NCBI GenBank assembly: GCA_965216785.1
Contig: OZ244197.1
Span: 2,016,001-2,080,000 of the forward strand
Origin: Thermodesulfobacteriota bacterium
GTDB taxonomy: Bacteria > Desulfobacterota_D > UBA1144 > Nemesobacterales > UBA2774
Direction: 5' to 3'
DNA: 64,000 nt
The position numbers and the translations under genes are program-made. Below the pieces are notes generated by a model that ran no database searches, had not been told where the DNA came from, and saw nothing but the letters and a program-made list of their open reading frames with translations. Each line of letters begins with the position of its first letter. Position 1 is the stretch's first letter. Shown here piece by piece: positions 49,643-59,570 of the stretch.

Positions 49643-51214
49643 TTGAATACCGAAAACGATTGTCTAAACGAAAGCATGGAGGCTGAGATCCGATCCAGAG
49701 GTCTTGATCCCGGGACAGTGAAATCACAGATTGAGACGTTTAGGAAAGGTATTAAGCCTCAGGAGCTCGCACGGCCATGTACGCTCGGGGACGGTATCGA
49801 ATCGGTCGGTGATAATTTAGAGCAGCTCTCTTCTTTATTCGATCAGTACTGCGGGGACAAGAATATAGTCAAGTTCGTTCCGGCTTCAGGAGCCGCGAGC
49901 CGTATGTTCAAAGAGCTCCAGGCGGCGCTGTCCTCTGGTGAGGTTACTCGGGAAACTCTGCAGGCGGCTTCAGACTCCGGGGATAAAGAAGGAGCCGCGG
50001 CACTAAAATTTATTGAAGGCATCGAGCGCTACGCCTTCTATAAGGAATTGGCGTCTTCACTTGAGTCAGAGGGGATCGATATGAAGAGCCTGCTTCGGGA
50101 AGGAAGTTTTAGGGAGATAATCGGCCATACTCTTGGAGAGCCCGGTCTTAACTATTCAAACCTCCCTAAGGGGATAATAAAATTCCATCTCTATGGTGAT
50201 TACCCAAGGACCGCGTTTGAGGAGCACCTGGTCGAGGCCGCGCATTACTCCATCGGCGCAGGTGGTGTCGCGCGCTTGCATTTCACGCTGTCCGCTGAGC
50301 ACGAAGGCGAGGTTAAGTCCCTTATCTCCAGAACGAAATTCCTTTATGAGAGCGAGGGTGTGAGCATTGAGGCTTCATACTCCGTACAAAAACCCTCGAC
50401 TGATACTATCGCGGTAGATTTGAAAAACAAGCCGTTTAGAGACTCAGAGGGAAATCTGCTTTTCAGGCCCGGCGGGCACGGCGCTCTCATAGAAAACCTG
50501 AATGACCTTGAGTGTGATATGGTATTCATAAAGAACATAGATAACGTCGTCCCGGACAGGATAAAGGGGGAGACGTACACCTACAAGAAAGCGCTCGGCG
50601 GTTACCTGATAGAGCTTGAGACCAGGGTGTTCAGCCTTTTGCGCGAGCTTGACGGCGGATATTCCGAGAAAGCGGTTAATGAGGCGCTCACAGAGCTCTC
50701 GGCGATGGGTCTTCTTGTAGAGCTTCCCGAATATTTAGACGACGCTACACAGAGTGAGAAAGCCATGTACGTGAGGGCCAGGCTGATGAGCCCCATCAGG
50801 GTGTGCGGGGTCGTGAGGAACCAGGGCGAGCCGGGTGGCGGGCCGTTTTGGGTGAGGGGTTTTGACGGCTCACTTAGTAAGCAGATAGTCGAGTCCTCCC
50901 AAGTGAATATGGACGACCCTACGCAAAAAGCGCTCTGGGAATCCTCTACCCATTTTAACCCCGTGGATCTGGTGTGCTCTGTCAGGGACTATGAGGGTAG
51001 CGCGTTTGACCTGACTCAATATATCGACCGCGACGCCGGGTTTATCTCTCATAAATCAAGCGGGGGCCGAGATCTAAAAGCGCTCGAGCTGCCGGGGCTG
51101 TGGAACGGGGCAATGGCCTATTGGAATACTGTGTTTGTAGAAGTCCCGCTCATCACGTTTAACCCTGTTAAAACCGTGCTCGATCTTTTGCGTCCTGAGC
51201 ACCAGAACCCCTAA
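49643..51214 (+). CDS. DUF4301 family protein (nucleotidyltransferase-like fold)
   Basis: KFVPASGAASRMFK, FRPGGHGAL, FIKNIDNV, THFNPVD, LPGLWNG. Confidence 0.88.
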   Translation: MNTENDCLNESMEAEIRSRGLDPGTVKSQIETFRKGIKPQELARPCTLGDGIESVGDNLEQLSSLFDQYCGDKNIVKFVPASGAASRMFKELQAALSSGEVTRETLQAASDSGDKEGAAALKFIEGIERYAFYKELASSLESEGIDMKSLLREGSFREIIGHTLGEPGLNYSNLPKGIIKFHLYGDYPRTAFEEHLVEAAHYSIGAGGVARLHFTLSAEHEGEVKSLISRTKFLYESEGVSIEASYSVQKPSTDTIAVDLKNKPFRDSEGNLLFRPGGHGALIENLNDLECDMVFIKNIDNVVPDRIKGETYTYKKALGGYLIELETRVFSLLRELDGGYSEKAVNEALTELSAMGLLVELPEYLDDATQSEKAMYVRARLMSPIRVCGVVRNQGEPGGGPFWVRGFDGSLSKQIVESSQVNMDDPTQKALWESSTHFNPVDLVCSVRDYEGSAFDLTQYIDRDAGFISHKSSGGRDLKALELPGLWNGAMAYWNTVFVEVPLITFNPVKTVLDLLRPEHQNP

Positions 51215-51285
51215 TTTGTCCGCTTCATATTTTTTTAGACCCTCAGACCCAAAACGGGTGTATTATTTAATTGAGGTTATTTAAT

Positions 51286-51606
51286 ATGAGCGATACGAGC
51301 AATGCATATGACATAGTGCGCGTCGATCCTGACTACGCTGATCTGGTGCCGGGGTTTTTGGATAACAGGCGTTCAGAGATTGATATTATAAGAGACTCCG
51401 CGGCCCGTGGAGAATTCTCTGAGATAAAAAGGCTCGGGCACGGTATGAAAGGCGCGGGTGCGGGGTACGGCTTTGATGTAATTACCGATATAGGCAGGAA
51501 TCTTGAAGACGCGGCGATTAAAGAAGACGCTGCCGCGATTGAAGCAGAGCTGGAGCGGCTCGGCAGGTACCTGTCCGAGGTTCGAGTAGTTCTCGATACC
51601 GACTGA
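51286..51606 (+). CDS. Stand-alone Hpt phosphotransfer protein
   Basis: LGHGMKGAGAGYG. Confidence 0.88.
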   Translation: MSDTSNAYDIVRVDPDYADLVPGFLDNRRSEIDIIRDSAARGEFSEIKRLGHGMKGAGAGYGFDVITDIGRNLEDAAIKEDAAAIEAELERLGRYLSEVRVVLDTD

Positions 51607-51670
51607 GATTCCGTATTTTCAGAACCTCCCTCTTTCCCTAATTCCCTTTTACATGCTAATGTTTTAGCCG

Positions 51671-52987
51671 ATGACTGTAGATAAACGCACGGCTGTGGTC
51701 GATGTGGATGTTTCACTGCCCCGGGACTTGCGAGCTGTATCTGAAGCGTTTTTAAAGGCGCTTGGGATGATTGATGAGCTTTACAGCATGCAGCTCGGGG
51801 GACGGGTAGCGGGGGCCATAACGAGAGCGCAGGAATGTAGAGCGTGGAATGGGATCGTAGAGGCGCTGAGCGGCTGTGCCGAGACGCTGCCGGAGCAAGC
51901 CAGAGCAGCTTTTGAGGAATCTCTTCAGGCTCTTAAGGGCGGAATATACGACCTTTATCCGGTGAGTGTTGTGGGCGGTGATGAATGCCGCGGCGGGATA
52001 GAGCTTATTTTAGGTAAGGTATTTCTTTCGTCCGGCGGAGGGGAGGGGTATTACTCGGGCGCCGCGGGTGTAAGCAATAGTGAGTTCGAGCGCTTAATCA
52101 GGGATTATGACGATCATATGCCGCTTTTTGCTCAGCGGCTTGAGGAGCTTTCCGAGACCTGTAAAATCAACGTCCCAGATGTGATTCCGGAGCTCAGGTG
52201 CCTGGATATATTCTCGCTTGCTGGCGGCCTTAACACAGAGCACAAGCCGATATGCGTCTTCTTTTCGGGCGGCCCGAAGGAAAACGTATCGTCGCTCTCT
52301 AACATGACGGTGTTCATCAATCTCTACCGGTCAAGGTTCAAAGAGATTACGGAGAAGATCGCCGGGCGTTATATAGCAGGGGCCGAGCGCATGCTTTCAG
52401 AGCTTTCAGATGAGGATACCGCGCGGCTTCTTCTCACTTGGCTCAGGGGGCACGACGTGGGGCACTTCTTCGGCGAGGATAATCTGGGCTCTTCGATGTC
52501 AGAGTTTGATATGGACTACATGATTCTTCACGAGCTTAAGTCTGATTTTATCTCACTGTATAACCTCGGGCATTTAGATAGCGCTTTACTGGGTGGGCGC
52601 AGGCTCGAGCAGGCGTATTTAGTCGCTATTTCAGAGATGCTCCGCTACATCAGGCGGGGCGGTATATACAAGCACCCTGACTCGGGCTCTGCCTATCTTA
52701 CATACTGCGCGCTTAAGGGCGCGGGAGCACTCATATATGATAAAACGTCCAAAATGCTGTCATATGATACCGTACTCTTTGAAAAAGCGGTGAAAGAGTG
52801 CACGGCCACGCTTCTTGAACTGTTTTCAAATGGAGACTCATCCGCCGCCAGAGCGTATGTAAACAGCTGGGGCGAGCTTGCGGATGGGGATGAGCGCGGT
52901 GTTCCAAAATCCTGCCCGGAAGAACTGCGCTTGATCACGCTTGATGAGGAAATCGCGGATTTCATTGATTATGATTATAGAGTATAA
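51671..52987 (+). CDS. Peptidase M49 (DPP III)-like protein with variant metal motif
   Basis: GHDVGH and LHELKSD in the positions of HExxH and EExKAD; N-terminal IDELY..Q. Confidence 0.55.
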   Translation: MTVDKRTAVVDVDVSLPRDLRAVSEAFLKALGMIDELYSMQLGGRVAGAITRAQECRAWNGIVEALSGCAETLPEQARAAFEESLQALKGGIYDLYPVSVVGGDECRGGIELILGKVFLSSGGGEGYYSGAAGVSNSEFERLIRDYDDHMPLFAQRLEELSETCKINVPDVIPELRCLDIFSLAGGLNTEHKPICVFFSGGPKENVSSLSNMTVFINLYRSRFKEITEKIAGRYIAGAERMLSELSDEDTARLLLTWLRGHDVGHFFGEDNLGSSMSEFDMDYMILHELKSDFISLYNLGHLDSALLGGRRLEQAYLVAISEMLRYIRRGGIYKHPDSGSAYLTYCALKGAGALIYDKTSKMLSYDTVLFEKAVKECTATLLELFSNGDSSAARAYVNSWGELADGDERGVPKSCPEELRLITLDEEIADFIDYDYRV

Positions 52988-53056
52988 ATAAAACGTCAGT
53001 AAAGCAGGTCTGCGCTATATGGGAATGTAGTCGAGTCGGCATGTGTAAAGGAGACT

Positions 53057-54568
53057 GTGGGGATTACTAAAATATATTCAAATAAGACTTACAGGATAGC
53101 GGGAGCGCTGTTTATACTGCTCTTTGCCTGCTATGCTTATTTCGCTCAGAATGCTGGGAACTGGAATACCGTGCCGAGGGTCGCGCTGACGCTTGCTATG
53201 ATTGAGGATCAGAGCCTGAGCATAGACCAGTTTCGTAGAGTGACCGGCGATATAGCATACTACAAAGGCAAATATTATACGGACAAAGCACCGGGTATGT
53301 CGTTTATGGCTTACCCATCTGCCGCGGGCGTTGTGTTCGCTCTAAAAACACTTTCACCACATATCGACTGGGTGCGGTTTCGGGATGGTAAGATCGTTTG
53401 GATCGACTCCAACCATATGATTACGGAGCCTTTCATTATCTTAAGTCAGGTCGTAACAATAGCTACCTCAGGTCTTCTTACAGTGTTTGCGGCCCTAGCC
53501 ATTTACTTTGTCGCGATTAAGCTGGGGGCGGGCTTTGGGGGAGCTGTGTTCGGCTCCCTTGCGTACGGGATGGCCACACCGGCCTGGGGATGGTCTACAG
53601 CGTTCTTCGGCCACGCATCCGCCGGGGGGTGCCTGTTTTTGGGACTCGCGGCAGTTTTCTTTTTACTTCAGAGCCCGCATGAACGGCGAAGGGATATATG
53701 GCTGTCGTTCGCGTCCGGAGCGCTGCTCGCATGGGCCGTCGTCATTGAGCTCACCACAGCGCCGCCGGCATTCGTCATAGCGCTGTACGGTTTATACAAC
53801 ATGCGGGCGTGGGATAGGCGCAGGCTGCTCAAAGTGTTTATCGGCGCTTTGGCAGGAGGGCTGATATTTATTTCCCCTCTACTCATATATAACTATGCGA
53901 TATTGGGCAAACCTTTCGGGTCGCTTTACTCCTATACAGTGAACTTTCCCAATATGACTAAAGGGTTTTACGGTCTCGTGTACCCTGACTTTGGCGTTTT
54001 TATGAAGCTCCTTTTCAGCGGCAAGCACGGTATATTGTGGTTTTCCCCTCTGCTTGTGGCCGTGCCGTTGGCCCTAATTGCTCTGTGGCGCCGTCCAGGG
54101 CAGAGATCACTGGCCGTTATCTTGACAGTGATTCCTATTTATTATTTTCTATGGAATTCTTCATTTTTAAACTGGACCGGCGGAGCATCGACAACGCCAA
54201 GATATCTTACCCCTATGTTGCCGTTCCTCTGTCTGCCATTGTCTTTGCTCTGGGCGGGCTCGGGAAAAATTCTTCGAGCGGTGCTTTTGGCTCTGCTTGC
54301 GGTGAGTATGTTAATATCCCTTATGAGCGTCTCGGTCTCGATGCTTCACGGTCAGTCCGCGAGCGGTAACATAGTCACTACTTACCTTGTGCCCGAGTTC
54401 TTTCACGGCCGCATCCCCTGGTTTTCGCTTCCGGTGATACTTATATTTTCTAACCCTGTAGTGAAAGGTTATAACGGGCAGTTGGCGTTGATACCTCTTT
54501 ATTTTATTATCGCCGCGTGCGTGCTTTATATCTTCGGGGAGCTTAGAAAAAACGATCAGGCAAGCTGA
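53057..54568 (+). CDS. Polytopic GT-C-type glycosyltransferase-like membrane protein
   Basis: Multiple TM helices; YYTDKAPG, GILWFSP, PRYL motifs. Confidence 0.65.
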   Translation: MGITKIYSNKTYRIAGALFILLFACYAYFAQNAGNWNTVPRVALTLAMIEDQSLSIDQFRRVTGDIAYYKGKYYTDKAPGMSFMAYPSAAGVVFALKTLSPHIDWVRFRDGKIVWIDSNHMITEPFIILSQVVTIATSGLLTVFAALAIYFVAIKLGAGFGGAVFGSLAYGMATPAWGWSTAFFGHASAGGCLFLGLAAVFFLLQSPHERRRDIWLSFASGALLAWAVVIELTTAPPAFVIALYGLYNMRAWDRRRLLKVFIGALAGGLIFISPLLIYNYAILGKPFGSLYSYTVNFPNMTKGFYGLVYPDFGVFMKLLFSGKHGILWFSPLLVAVPLALIALWRRPGQRSLAVILTVIPIYYFLWNSSFLNWTGGASTTPRYLTPMLPFLCLPLSLLWAGSGKILRAVLLALLAVSMLISLMSVSVSMLHGQSASGNIVTTYLVPEFFHGRIPWFSLPVILIFSNPVVKGYNGQLALIPLYFIIAACVLYIFGELRKNDQAS

Positions 54569-54569
54569 A

Positions 54570-56657
54570 TTAGCGAGTGAGGCGCCGCTCGAGCTCGGCA
54601 AGTTTACTTTCAAGCTCAGTGCCGGAACGGGAGCCACAGAGACGCCAGAGAGCGATCTTCCTTACTAGCTCGCGGGCGAATTTGCCTGTGCCCGTGGCGC
54701 GTGAAAAGCTCTCAATCTCTGAAAACACGGCGTCCTCTTCACCACGCGCTAATGTTGCGCACAGCTCAAAGAGCGTAGACGATTTCTTGGGGATATTCTC
54801 TTGTTCGCTATCAAACAATTCCGAGAGGTCAATGCCCCCTAGCGCTCGTGTAAGGTGACGTACATACAAACCGAAGATATTCATAGCCAGAGAAAAACGC
54901 TCTAGCTGTCGCATATATTCCCCGGTGCTTGTGGAAGTCCATTTGTCTCTGCCGTAAGTTGCCGCTGAATCAACGGAAGATTGTTTCCGCGTTTTTAAAA
55001 GATCTTGCGCTGTAGCCCCGAGTGAGCGGAACCAGAACCTGTAAAGGTTTCCCGCTAAGTCCAGAGTAGCAGGGTCTAAGGGGCGTGTATGAAGATGTTT
55101 TTTAAGTAATCCCCCCGCTAAATCCAGCAGCCTGAGCTCCTTTTGGGTATTATCAAGCCGCTTTCTCAAGACCTCCGGATCTGAAAGGGGCTCGTATCTG
55201 TACTCTGCGCGCCTTTGGGCGGGCCGCGTCCAAACGCGCTCTCTTGTTGCGGTGTACTCCGCTCTGAGCTCCCTGAGCTTCTTATCCTTCTCTCCTGTGC
55301 TTATAATGGATTCGATGAGCTCGTCTATCTCTCTTATCTGCTCGTCCACAGAGTCAGGAGAGGTGTCTGCAGCGGATGTGTCCAGAGTGCCGGAGATTTC
55401 GCCGAGTATAAAAGGATCGTCTGAAAGGTAGGTAAGTAAGAGCATTATGTTCGCGTACTCCCCGTCACCGAGATTTGCGCAGAGGCGGCGCACATCGTCC
55501 CTTACGCTCTCAAGACCAATGTTTCTGGCTAGATACAGCGCGGCGAAATAGTGATAGACATACTCGTACCTAAAGTAATATTCCGCTTCTTTCAGACCCA
55601 AAGCGCCTGATTCAATTAGTGTGCTAAGCCACTCTTGCGCACGGTTCTGTGTGCCCGACTGCTTCTCAAAAAGCTCAGCCAGCTCTAGCGCTGTCGCCGA
55701 GGATTTCCTCTCTGTGAACATCAGATTCGCGAGCTGGGATAGATAAACCATCAAAGCTTCCAGACGGTCGGCGCCCGCGCGCTCCTTAAGAGGCTTTGTG
55801 ACCAAGTGCTCTATGTAGTAGCCGTAAGAGCTTTGTGAAGGCTCTTGGTCTCCGGAATCTCCGATGTTCAGGATCGTGAGTAATATCAGCGGGTAAGAGG
55901 GCGCGAGGTCCCTGCCGATTACCTCGTCCATGATATTTAGCGCAGACTCGATTTTGGCGTCTATGCTAACGGTATCTCTCTCTCGCTCTTTTGCAGGTAG
56001 GTTATGCCATTTACTACAAAGCTCGCGCCTTAAGTCAATGCTGAATTCCATGAGTTCAAAATTTAGAGGCTCTTTGTCTTGAATAAATTCTGAAGAGAAC
56101 GTTTCACCCAGTAATGGAATGCTCGTAGTAACAATTGAAAATCCGAATTCATCTGCGAGCCCATGAAGTATTTGTCTGTCTGGTCTCACGCTGTCGATAT
56201 TGTCCAGGAGACATATCTTTTTATCACTGCTTGAGGACAGTATTTGCTGAAGAGATTTCTCTGTGTACTGTTTTTCGTATGCGCTGCTGACAAGCTCTCT
56301 CTGCCCGTTCCGGTCTATGCTCCCGATACGGCTGCAGTCAATGTAAAGGGGGAATAGTCCTGCGGCGGCGTAGTACTTCATAAGGATTTTCAGAAGCGTA
56401 GTTTTGCCGGAGTCTGCCGGGCCTGTGATAAATACGAGGGGTGAGAGGCTCTCAACCCGTAATAATTCTCTTGAGCTTATTATCGCGGCTCCGCTTGAGC
56501 CCGGCTCCCCGATGCCTGCTGTTGATAGCATAAGCTTTGGGAATACGAAAAAATCCTCAAGAATAAGCGATTCATTGAGTGGGTTTCTGACACCGGTTCC
56601 GGGGTCGTTTAGGAATTTCAGGAACTCTTCACAAAACTCTATAGCATGTTTTTCCAA
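54570..56657 (-). CDS. STAND/NACHT-like P-loop NTPase
   Basis: ITGPADSGKTT Walker A, CLLDNID Walker B, YP hinge, FRYEYVYHYFAALYL winged-helix motif. Confidence 0.75.
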   Translation of the reverse strand: MEKHAIEFCEEFLKFLNDPGTGVRNPLNESLILEDFFVFPKLMLSTAGIGEPGSSGAAIISSRELLRVESLSPLVFITGPADSGKTTLLKILMKYYAAAGLFPLYIDCSRIGSIDRNGQRELVSSAYEKQYTEKSLQQILSSSSDKKICLLDNIDSVRPDRQILHGLADEFGFSIVTTSIPLLGETFSSEFIQDKEPLNFELMEFSIDLRRELCSKWHNLPAKERERDTVSIDAKIESALNIMDEVIGRDLAPSYPLILLTILNIGDSGDQEPSQSSYGYYIEHLVTKPLKERAGADRLEALMVYLSQLANLMFTERKSSATALELAELFEKQSGTQNRAQEWLSTLIESGALGLKEAEYYFRYEYVYHYFAALYLARNIGLESVRDDVRRLCANLGDGEYANIMLLLTYLSDDPFILGEISGTLDTSAADTSPDSVDEQIREIDELIESIISTGEKDKKLRELRAEYTATRERVWTRPAQRRAEYRYEPLSDPEVLRKRLDNTQKELRLLDLAGGLLKKHLHTRPLDPATLDLAGNLYRFWFRSLGATAQDLLKTRKQSSVDSAATYGRDKWTSTSTGEYMRQLERFSLAMNIFGLYVRHLTRALGGIDLSELFDSEQENIPKKSSTLFELCATLARGEEDAVFSEIESFSRATGTGKFARELVRKIALWRLCGSRSGTELESKLAELERRLTR

Positions 56658-56902
56658 ACGTCGCTTCCTTGTGGTCTTAAGTTGTTATGTGAAACCGGTA
56701 TTGATGTCTGTAATTCAGGGTGTAATTATTTAGATTATACTGGATTTGCGAAGGGTCATGCAAATTAAAACCGGAGCCGTGTGTAATTATAAATATGATT
56801 ATTTTCCGGACGGTATTCTCAAATCCAAATTATGGATATATAATACTTAGAGTCGGGTGATGTTTACGGGTCGAACTTTAGAAATTGCTGGAGGATCGGA
56901 AG

Positions 56903-57265
56903 ATGAAAAACTTTGTTGCCGCAGTTCTTATATTACTCACGGGCGCTCAGATTTGCGGGGCCGAGTCACTTACGGACTTACTCTATATTGAGGAGCGTGG
57001 CACCCCTGATGAGATTGAGCACTATGACTCAATAAAATATGTTACGGGAAAAAGCGAGCGTCATTACAGAGAGGCGTGGCTACAGGTATTTAACGAAGAT
57101 AACTACGTTAACCAGTGCGTGAGCACGATTAAAAATCAGGCTGTATGCGTTGGCGCTAACGCGGTGGTAAACCTTAGCTGGACCCTTGAGCACGAGTACC
57201 CGGACAACTGGTACACAGTAGTTTGCCAGGGACTTGCGGTCTGGAAATACAGCGATTCTTATTGA
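56903..57265 (+). CDS. Small exported protein (YbjQ-like fold possible)
   Basis: GGAGG RBS, signal peptide, A..VGANAVV...GLAV. Confidence 0.6.
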   Translation: MKNFVAAVLILLTGAQICGAESLTDLLYIEERGTPDEIEHYDSIKYVTGKSERHYREAWLQVFNEDNYVNQCVSTIKNQAVCVGANAVVNLSWTLEHEYPDNWYTVVCQGLAVWKYSDSY

Positions 57266-57497
57266 TATCAGCTACTTAAGTTGTTAAAACTAGAAAGTAA
57301 TTGAGCTTTTTGTTGCTAGATTCGGAGCACCCGTCTTGCGGTTGCCAACGTTAAAGCTTTCCTTGATCTCAATTACCTATTCTAAATAAATTTCTCCGAA
57401 TTTCACTTTTTATTCATAAGAATGTCTTTCCATTCCCGTTAACATCAATTATTATTTCCCCTACAATCTGTGAAGCTCAGGAGGAGATAGGGACGTA

Positions 57498-57956
57498 ATG
57501 AAACCACTAACATTGATAATACTCGCGGCGATTTTCCTTTCGGCGTGCTCTAGCGGCAACAGCGAAATCAAGCCCATTTTTAACAGTATGAAAGAAGCCG
57601 GCTGCCAAAAGAACGTGGATGAGTTCTTTACACATGTGAGCATGAACGACATCAGGAATAATTTTAATGAAGATACCGTAGATAAGATTTTGGAAGGGGC
57701 CTACGAAGATAAGCTCTCTGAGCGGGCTCAGGAGCTTAGCGGAGTTGAATGGGAAAAAATGGCCTCACGCTACGTGCTCGAGGTCATGCAGCTTTACAGG
57801 GACGAAGTGCAAAAGGGCGAGACGGGCCAGATATGCAGGATGCAAATCGTATCCATAAAGAAAAATACCGCGACCGTGAAAATGCCGGGTGAGCCGGATA
57901 TAAGATGGGTCTTCGGGCAATCACGCGGAAAGCTAAAGCTTGTGTCGGTTTACTGA
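57498..57956 (+). CDS. Hypothetical lipoprotein
   Basis: Lipobox LSAC; GGAG RBS. Confidence 0.7.
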   Translation: MKPLTLIILAAIFLSACSSGNSEIKPIFNSMKEAGCQKNVDEFFTHVSMNDIRNNFNEDTVDKILEGAYEDKLSERAQELSGVEWEKMASRYVLEVMQLYRDEVQKGETGQICRMQIVSIKKNTATVKMPGEPDIRWVFGQSRGKLKLVSVY

Positions 57957-58151
57957 TGGGTCTTCGCTTTATCTCCTTAACTTTAGCATAGGCCCCTTAG
58001 CTGCTCTAAGCCCTTGCTAGCCGCGGGTAGAATAGAGACTCCGGATTTATTTTTATAGAATAATTTGCTCATTTACGATGAGGGTATTATATTATGCTCT
58101 GAGGGTGGTGCATAAGTACAACCAAGGGTCAACAAAGCAGGAGGATAGGAA

Positions 58152-58415
58152 TTGGATAGAGTGGATAGAGAGACTTTCGGACCGCTGACCGATTTGTTCG
58201 GTAGTGATACACAGGGGCGGTTAATTTTTGATCTTGTAAGAACTCTTGTAGCTAACAGAGTAAAATTGAGAGCGCTTGAAGGAGTGCTCATAGACAAAGG
58301 CATAATAACTCCGGAAGAGCTGAACGGGATATATGAAAATGTGTTGTCCGCAAGCTCGGACGATATAATTAATGAGGTACTTCAGGAGTTCGGCGGCGGT
58401 AATACGGATTATTGA
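58152..58415 (+). CDS. Small acidic hypothetical protein
   Basis: AGGAGG RBS; LIDKGIITPEE. Confidence 0.6.
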   Translation: MDRVDRETFGPLTDLFGSDTQGRLIFDLVRTLVANRVKLRALEGVLIDKGIITPEELNGIYENVLSASSDDIINEVLQEFGGGNTDY

Positions 58416-58594
58416 GCCCTATTTAAGCTCATAACAATCTTACAATGCGGTGCGCGAAGCTTTGGGAGAAGTGTAGTTTTAGTACTGCGGTTATTGCGCA
58501 CATGATTTTCTTAGAACATCGGAGCTGCGCTCGCAATTAATTTTAATGTATGTATTTTATAACAGAGTGGACTGGATGAACTAAGGACTTCGGT

Positions 58595-59167
58595 ATGAAG
58601 AAATATATAAATATTCTATTATTCCAGCTGGTATTGGTACTTTTATTCAGTTGCTCTTCTGATAAAGGCGGCGGGGAGTATGACTTTAGGAATACGAGCT
58701 GGGGTATGAGCCAAGAGCAAGTGAAGGAATCTGAGAGCGAGCCTCCGACTGAAGAGCTGCCGAACGTTATAACGTATGTAAGTGAGTTTGAGGGTATGCC
58801 CGCGGTAATAGGCTATTTGTTCGATGACGGCAAGCTGACACGCGCGGGTTATGTTGTGACCAAGAGTCATGAAGAGCCGAATATGTATGTAAACGACTTC
58901 GTAAAACTGAGGGATTTTCATACGATGAAATACGGCAGACCCGCGTACGATACAGTGAATTGGAATGAAGGCGCGGAGTCTGATATAAAAACAGAGGATT
59001 ACCCTCAAGCAGCTTGCGACGGGCAGCTGCAGTACACGGCGGGCTGGGAAACGCAGGGATCCTTGGTTAAGCTAATGCTTCATGGTAGAGAGGGAAAATG
59101 CGAGCTTGGCGTAATGTACGATAGTAAACAATATTACGTTGTCCCCGAAGTGAAAGAAAAACAATAG
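58595..59167 (+). CDS. Hypothetical lipoprotein
   Basis: Lipobox LFSC; DFRNTSWGMS motif. Confidence 0.75.
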   Translation: MKKYINILLFQLVLVLLFSCSSDKGGGEYDFRNTSWGMSQEQVKESESEPPTEELPNVITYVSEFEGMPAVIGYLFDDGKLTRAGYVVTKSHEEPNMYVNDFVKLRDFHTMKYGRPAYDTVNWNEGAESDIKTEDYPQAACDGQLQYTAGWETQGSLVKLMLHGREGKCELGVMYDSKQYYVVPEVKEKQ

Positions 59168-59250
59168 CGCGGATCGCAGGTGGAGCGGGGCGGTAATAGA
59201 TAAAGGACTTCTATCGCGATAATACAGTTAGAGCCCGGGATGAATACACT

Positions 59251-59490
59251 ATGATTAACTATAAAGTGGATAATTTGACTCTGATGGAAGATGAGAAATC
59301 TTTTCTCGTCGATATTACGATTGAGCTTGAGGACTATGATCTCTCGAGTGAAAATGTTTATATCTCTATCACTTTTCCTCTCGCAAACGATTCAAACGAT
59401 GTTGAGGATATTAAGGAAAAGGCCGTCATTCACGCCAAGAGCATACTTAAGCGAGTACTTCTTGAAGACGCTCAGCAAGAGCTTTTCTAA
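59251..59490 (+). CDS. Small acidic hypothetical protein
   Basis: 79-aa ORF filling the intergenic gap, plausible composition. Confidence 0.55.
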   Translation: MINYKVDNLTLMEDEKSFLVDITIELEDYDLSSENVYISITFPLANDSNDVEDIKEKAVIHAKSILKRVLLEDAQQELF

Positions 59491-59570
59491 AACAGGAGCT
59501 TTTCTAAAGAGGGCGCCCCTCTGCCGTAATTTATTCATGACGCATAAGTGGCTATGTCTTGCGACCCAAT

